Assembly (NCBI GenBank): GCA_963809485.1 | Contig: CAWEJX010000018.1 | Span: 1-43,900, forward strand | Direction: 5' to 3' | Length of the DNA: 43,900 nucleotides | DNA from: an uncultured Acidobacteriota bacterium | GTDB lineage: Bacteria > Acidobacteriota > UBA6911 | In this document: in pieces, positions 40,078 to 43,900 of the stretch | Numbering within the stretch: position 1 is the stretch's first letter | Layout: every line of letters starts with the position of its first letter | Position numbers and translations under genes: made by a program | The notes under the pieces: model-generated | Told to the model about the DNA's origin: nothing | Database searches by the model: none | What the model saw: the letters and a program-made list of their open reading frames with translations, nothing else

Positions 40078-40243
40078 AGTCAGGTACCTCCGGCAAAGCC
40101 GGATGCTTGAAAGATTGGAACCGCTCGAAGCGGTTGGACTAGTTACGCCGGTCTTGAACGCTGACTTACGCGGGCAAAAGCCGATGAGGCGCTTCCGATC
40201 CCCGCAGGGGCCAGCAACCGTATAGCCCCCGGCTTTGCCGGAT
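40078..40243 (-). mobile_element. Palindromic element copy D: right-end half (40078-40216) capped by a second, inverted end hairpin
   Basis: Matches copy B up to GATCCCCGC(A/T)GGGGCCAGC, then diverges and ends in CCGGCTTTGCCGG. Confidence 0.75.
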
Positions 40244-40271
40244 GTGTAGGACCGGTTCCCGCCTGCGCCGG

Positions 40272-40767
40272 CTATTTCATCAGTCCCTTCCGGACGTACT
40301 CCATCAATCCGCCCGCTCCGATCAATTCCTGCATGAACGGTGGAATCGGTTTGGATGAGTATTCACGGTCCAGAGTCACATTGGTGATTGTTCCTGCGCT
40401 GGTGTCGATGCGCATGACATGGCCGGTCTGCGCTTCGGCAATCGCCGCCGGGCATTCCATGATGGTCAGCCCGATGTTGAAGGCGTTCCGATAAAAGATG
40501 CGCGCGTAGCTCTCTGCCACAACACATCCAATGCCCGCGGCTTTGATGGCTATCGGCGCATGTTCGCGGGAGGAACCGCAGCCGAAGTTTTTGCCTGCCA
40601 CGATAATGTCACCGGGCTTCACCTTGGAGCGGAAACTGCGGATCCGCATCTTCCATTACATGCGCGGCCAGTTCTTTGGGATCGCTGGTATTCAGATAGC
40701 GGGCTGGAATGATTTCGTCGGTGTTGACGTCATTGCCGAATTTATACATCGTTCCTGTAATGATCAT
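40272..40767 (-). CDS. leuD: 3-isopropylmalate dehydratase/homoaconitase small subunit (frameshift near 40630)
   Basis: [15 protein letters not shown], then [14 protein letters not shown] and [10 protein letters not shown]; ATGA overlap with the large-subunit stop. Confidence 0.88.
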
Positions 40768-42061
40768 TTTTTCACCCCCTGCTTCCAGTTCGGACCGCGA
40801 ACTTCTTTCGGCAACGCTAAACGCCCTTTGATCGCCGAAGCAGCTGCTACACCCGCGGATGCCAGATAGATTTCACTTTCCAGATGGCCCATGCGTCCAA
40901 CGAAATTGCGGTTGGTTGTGGCGACCGCCTTTTCGCCTTTAGCCAGAATACCCATATGCCCTCCCAGGCACGGTCCGCAAGTAGGTGGAGAGATAATGCA
41001 CCCGGCTGCCATGAAAATATCGAATAGGCCTTCCTTCATTGCCTGGCGCCAGATTAGCGGCGTGGCCGGAATAATGATCGTGCGCACTCTTGGGCTCACT
41101 TTTTTCCCTTTGAGCAGCTTGGCCGCCTCGCGCAAATCTTCAATGCGGCCGTTGGTGCAGGATCCGATGATCGCCTGGTCCAGCACAACATTCCTGGCCT
41201 GGGAGACAGGCACCACATTCGACGGAAGATGCGGCTTGGCAACAACCGGCTCCATGCCGGTTACGTCAAATTCCTCGATACGTTCATACTCGGCTCCGGG
41301 ATCCGAAACGTAGTACCTCGGCTTCCGCTGGGCCCGATTTTGAACATAAGCGCGGGTGATTTTGTCCGGCGGGATAATTCCCGTTTTCGCTCCGGCTTCG
41401 ATCGCCATGTTGCACATGGTCAGCCGGCCCTCCATGGACAGCTTGTCGATGACGGGTCCGGTAATTTCCAGGGCCTTGTAATTGGCACCCTCCACCCCGA
41501 GGCGCCCGATAGCGATCAGGATGAGGTCCTTGCCCGTCACATCCGCCGGTAGACGGCCTTTAAAGACAAGCTTGATGGTCGCCGGCACTTTGAACCAGGC
41601 TTTTCCGGTGAGCATGGCGGCTGCCAGATCGGTGGATCCTACGCCCGTGGCAAAGCTTCCGAGCGCGCCATATGTGCATGTGTGGGAATCGGCGCCGATG
41701 ATCAGATCGCCTGGAACCACCACCCCCTGCTCCGGCAGCAACGCGTGCTCCACGCCGCATTCACCCTGATCCCAGTAATAGAGCAGTTTTTGTTCATGGG
41801 CGAATTCGCGCACTATTTTCGCCTGCTCGGCAGACTTGATGTCCTTGTTGGGCGTAAAATGATCCGGCACCAACGCGACACGCTTCCGGTCAAAAACCTT
41901 CTTTCCATTGTTCTCGTAAAAAGCCTGAATGGCCAGGGGCGCGGTAATATCATTGCCCAGGCAAAGTCGAGCTTTGCCATGATAATGTCCCCCGGGCTTA
42001 CCGATTTTACCCCAGCCGCATGGGCCAGAATTTTTTCCCCCAACGTCATTGGTCTGGACAT
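40764..42061 (-). CDS. leuC: 3-isopropylmalate dehydratase/homoaconitase large subunit (frameshifts near 41960-41870)
   Basis: [50 protein letters not shown]. Confidence 0.88.
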
Positions 42062-42092
42062 ATTGATTCTCCTTTTTCTCTTCAACCCAGTC

Positions 42093-42701
42093 CTATCCGG
42101 CACGGGCGCGCCCATTGTGCCGCGCTGCTATTTTCTCCCCAGCAGAGCGCTTGGGCGGCGTGATGATCCAGAAGGCCCGGAGCGGCCTCTTGCCGACATT
42201 CCGGATCTGGTGCGGCGCATCCGCAGAAAAGGAAATGCTATCCCCTTCTTTCAGGCTGTAGACGCGATTGCCGACCGTGCATTCCCCCTTTCCCTTGATA
42301 ATCACTCCCAATTCCTTGCCGATGTGACCGTATTCGTCGTCACCGCTTTTTCCACCGGGAGGAATTTCCAGGAAATACGCTTCAATCGCATGCTCCTCAG
42401 AGGAAGAGGAAGTATGCGACAGCTGCTCAAAGACCACGCCGTTGATCACTGCACTCCTTTTTTCCTCCGCTCGAACCAGGTTCACCGGACGATCCTTTTT
42501 GAAATCCCGGAAGATGAAATCCAGGTCGATTTCGAGGATATCGATGATCTTGAGGAGCGTATCGATTGCCGGAGATATCCTGTTTCGCTCGATTTGCGAG
42601 ATCAGGCTTTCAGAAACACCGGCCTTTTCAGCCACTTCGCGCATCGTCAGATGCTTGCGCTCCCTGACTTCCCGGATTTTCTCCCCAAATGCATGCTTCA
42701 T
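42093..42701 (-). CDS. XRE-family HTH + cupin transcriptional regulator
   Basis: GEKIREVR...SESLISQIER..ISP; cupin motif GHIGKE...LKEGDSISF..PH. Confidence 0.93.
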   Translation of the reverse strand: MKHAFGEKIREVRERKHLTMREVAEKAGVSESLISQIERNRISPAIDTLLKIIDILEIDLDFIFRDFKKDRPVNLVRAEEKRSAVINGVVFEQLSHTSSSSEEHAIEAYFLEIPPGGKSGDDEYGHIGKELGVIIKGKGECTVGNRVYSLKEGDSISFSADAPHQIRNVGKRPLRAFWIITPPKRSAGEKIAARHNGRARAG

Positions 42702-42711
42702 CGGATCACAT

Positions 42712-42746
42712 CTTAAGTACACTTAAGCAAGTTCAGTATAATTGAA
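42712..42746. promoter_or_regulatory. Tandem palindromic operator candidates upstream of the XRE regulator
   Basis: Perfect CTTAAGT-AC-ACTTAAG (42712-42727) and a degenerate GTTCAGT-AT-AATTGAA (42731-42746). Confidence 0.55.
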
Positions 42747-42972
42747 GTCTCGGTTTTTTCATAGATTTTTTCGTCTGCGGTTGCAGGGATCGTCCAGCGT
42801 CTACCAGTTGTTCAATGACCCTGGAACCGCCCAAGCTCCATAGGTCCGACAGCCGGGTTTCCAATGGCCTTGATGCCCCGGGTCTGGTGCCCAAGCGGCA
42901 TCGCTCCCGGCCTGCCCGTTTTTGCCAATTCCCGGCTATCTTTCCCGGGGCGCCCGGAAGGGCACGCTGAGA

Positions 42973-43806
42973 CTATTTTTTGAGGATCTTCTGCTCCTTG
43001 CTCATCAGGAAAGTGCCTTCGTGGGGCAGGACGTTGCCCATGCCGCCGCCAACATAGATCTTTTGGCCCGTCACATAATCCGACATATCGGAAGCAAGAT
43101 AGAGCGCGGCGCCGGTGATATCTTTGGGGTAGCCCATTCTCTGCAGCGGAGCTTCTTTTTCGGACAGCGCTTTGAAAAAGGCGTCTCTTTCAGGGCCAGG
43201 GGGGCATCAGCTCATCCCAGAAGGGAGTGACGATCGGGCCAGGCACGATGGTATTGACGTGTATTTGAGAGCGGAGCCAGTTCAAAAGCGAGATTTGCGG
43301 TCAGGCTTTCTACTCCGCCCTTTGCCGCATGGTAATGGAGAACGGAGGTGCGGGGGTCGAAGGCGCCCATGGACGAAAAGTTGACGATTTTCCCGTATTA
43401 TCTGCTTTTTCATGTCGGGCAGAACGGCCATGGTTACGAGGAAGGTGCCTTTCAGGTTCAGTTCGATGATCCTGTCCCAGTCCGAGATGCGGATAGTTTC
43501 GCTGCTGCCCGTGCCATCGGTTCCCGCCACGCCGCCGGCGCAATTGATCAGGATATCGATTTGCCGAATTCCTGAACGGCAGCCTTAACCATGGCGTCGA
43601 TCTGGTCCTGCCTGGTGATATCACATCGAACGGCGATTGCCTTGCACCTTGGCCTGGATCCGGCCGGCGACAGACCGGGCGCCGTCAAAGTCGATGTCCG
43701 CGATGACCACGGAGCAACCCTCTTCAGCAAAAGTGACGCACATATCTTCGCCCATACCCTTGGCGCCACCGGTGATAATCGCTACCCTGTTTTCCAGAAT
43801 GATCAT
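42973..43806 (-). CDS. SDR family oxidoreductase (multiple frameshifts)
   Basis: AIITGGAKGMG, VIADID, CDIT, WDRIIELNLKGTF, HITGQKIYVGGG; GGAGG RBS. Confidence 0.85.
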
Positions 43807-43900
43807 TTCGAAACCTCCACATTTGTCTTCATATTTCACGGAAATGAGAGCGCCCTGATATTATCATCATATCCTTCGACAATAACGCCGAAGATATGCC

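Noticed and set aside
13085-40243. TnpB/IscB guide (omega/re) RNA interpretation
   Set aside because: No RuvC nuclease gene is in the window and nothing in the sequence shows guide function. It cannot be supported without the rest of the genome.

Overview
Chromosomal window from a GC-rich, probably anaerobic bacterium. An Acidobacteriota origin is inferred from the acidobacterial-type VWA protein, the secreted TPR protein and the integrase type. Positions 1-5250 are a decayed island at the 3' end of tRNA-Arg(CCT). It holds two broken tyrosine integrases, a nonsense-interrupted wHTH-nucleotidyltransferase, a frameshifted DUF3987-like gene, a ~200-bp IS21-end remnant and an intact 4Fe-4S gene. 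The rest is housekeeping and accessory metabolism: gldA, apt, acyP, a glmU-like/glmM/nagB-like operon, menA-like, a geranylgeranyl reductase, leuCD-like, an AprBA-like pair, three NTF2/SnoaL-like proteins and DUF2339/DUF3999. The most striking unexplained structure is a dispersed non-coding element family with at least 8 intergenic loci. Its ends resemble IS200/IS605 hairpin ends and enclose nested long palindromes. Three complete copies (403, 292 and 228 bp) differ by exact microhomology-bounded deletions within the nested hairpins, and two diverged left-end halves face inward around an M48 peptidase gene. No cognate transposase is in the window. Clustered frameshifts in glmM, leuCD and the SDR are probably consensus errors. 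All family assignments come from motif recognition, not database searches.
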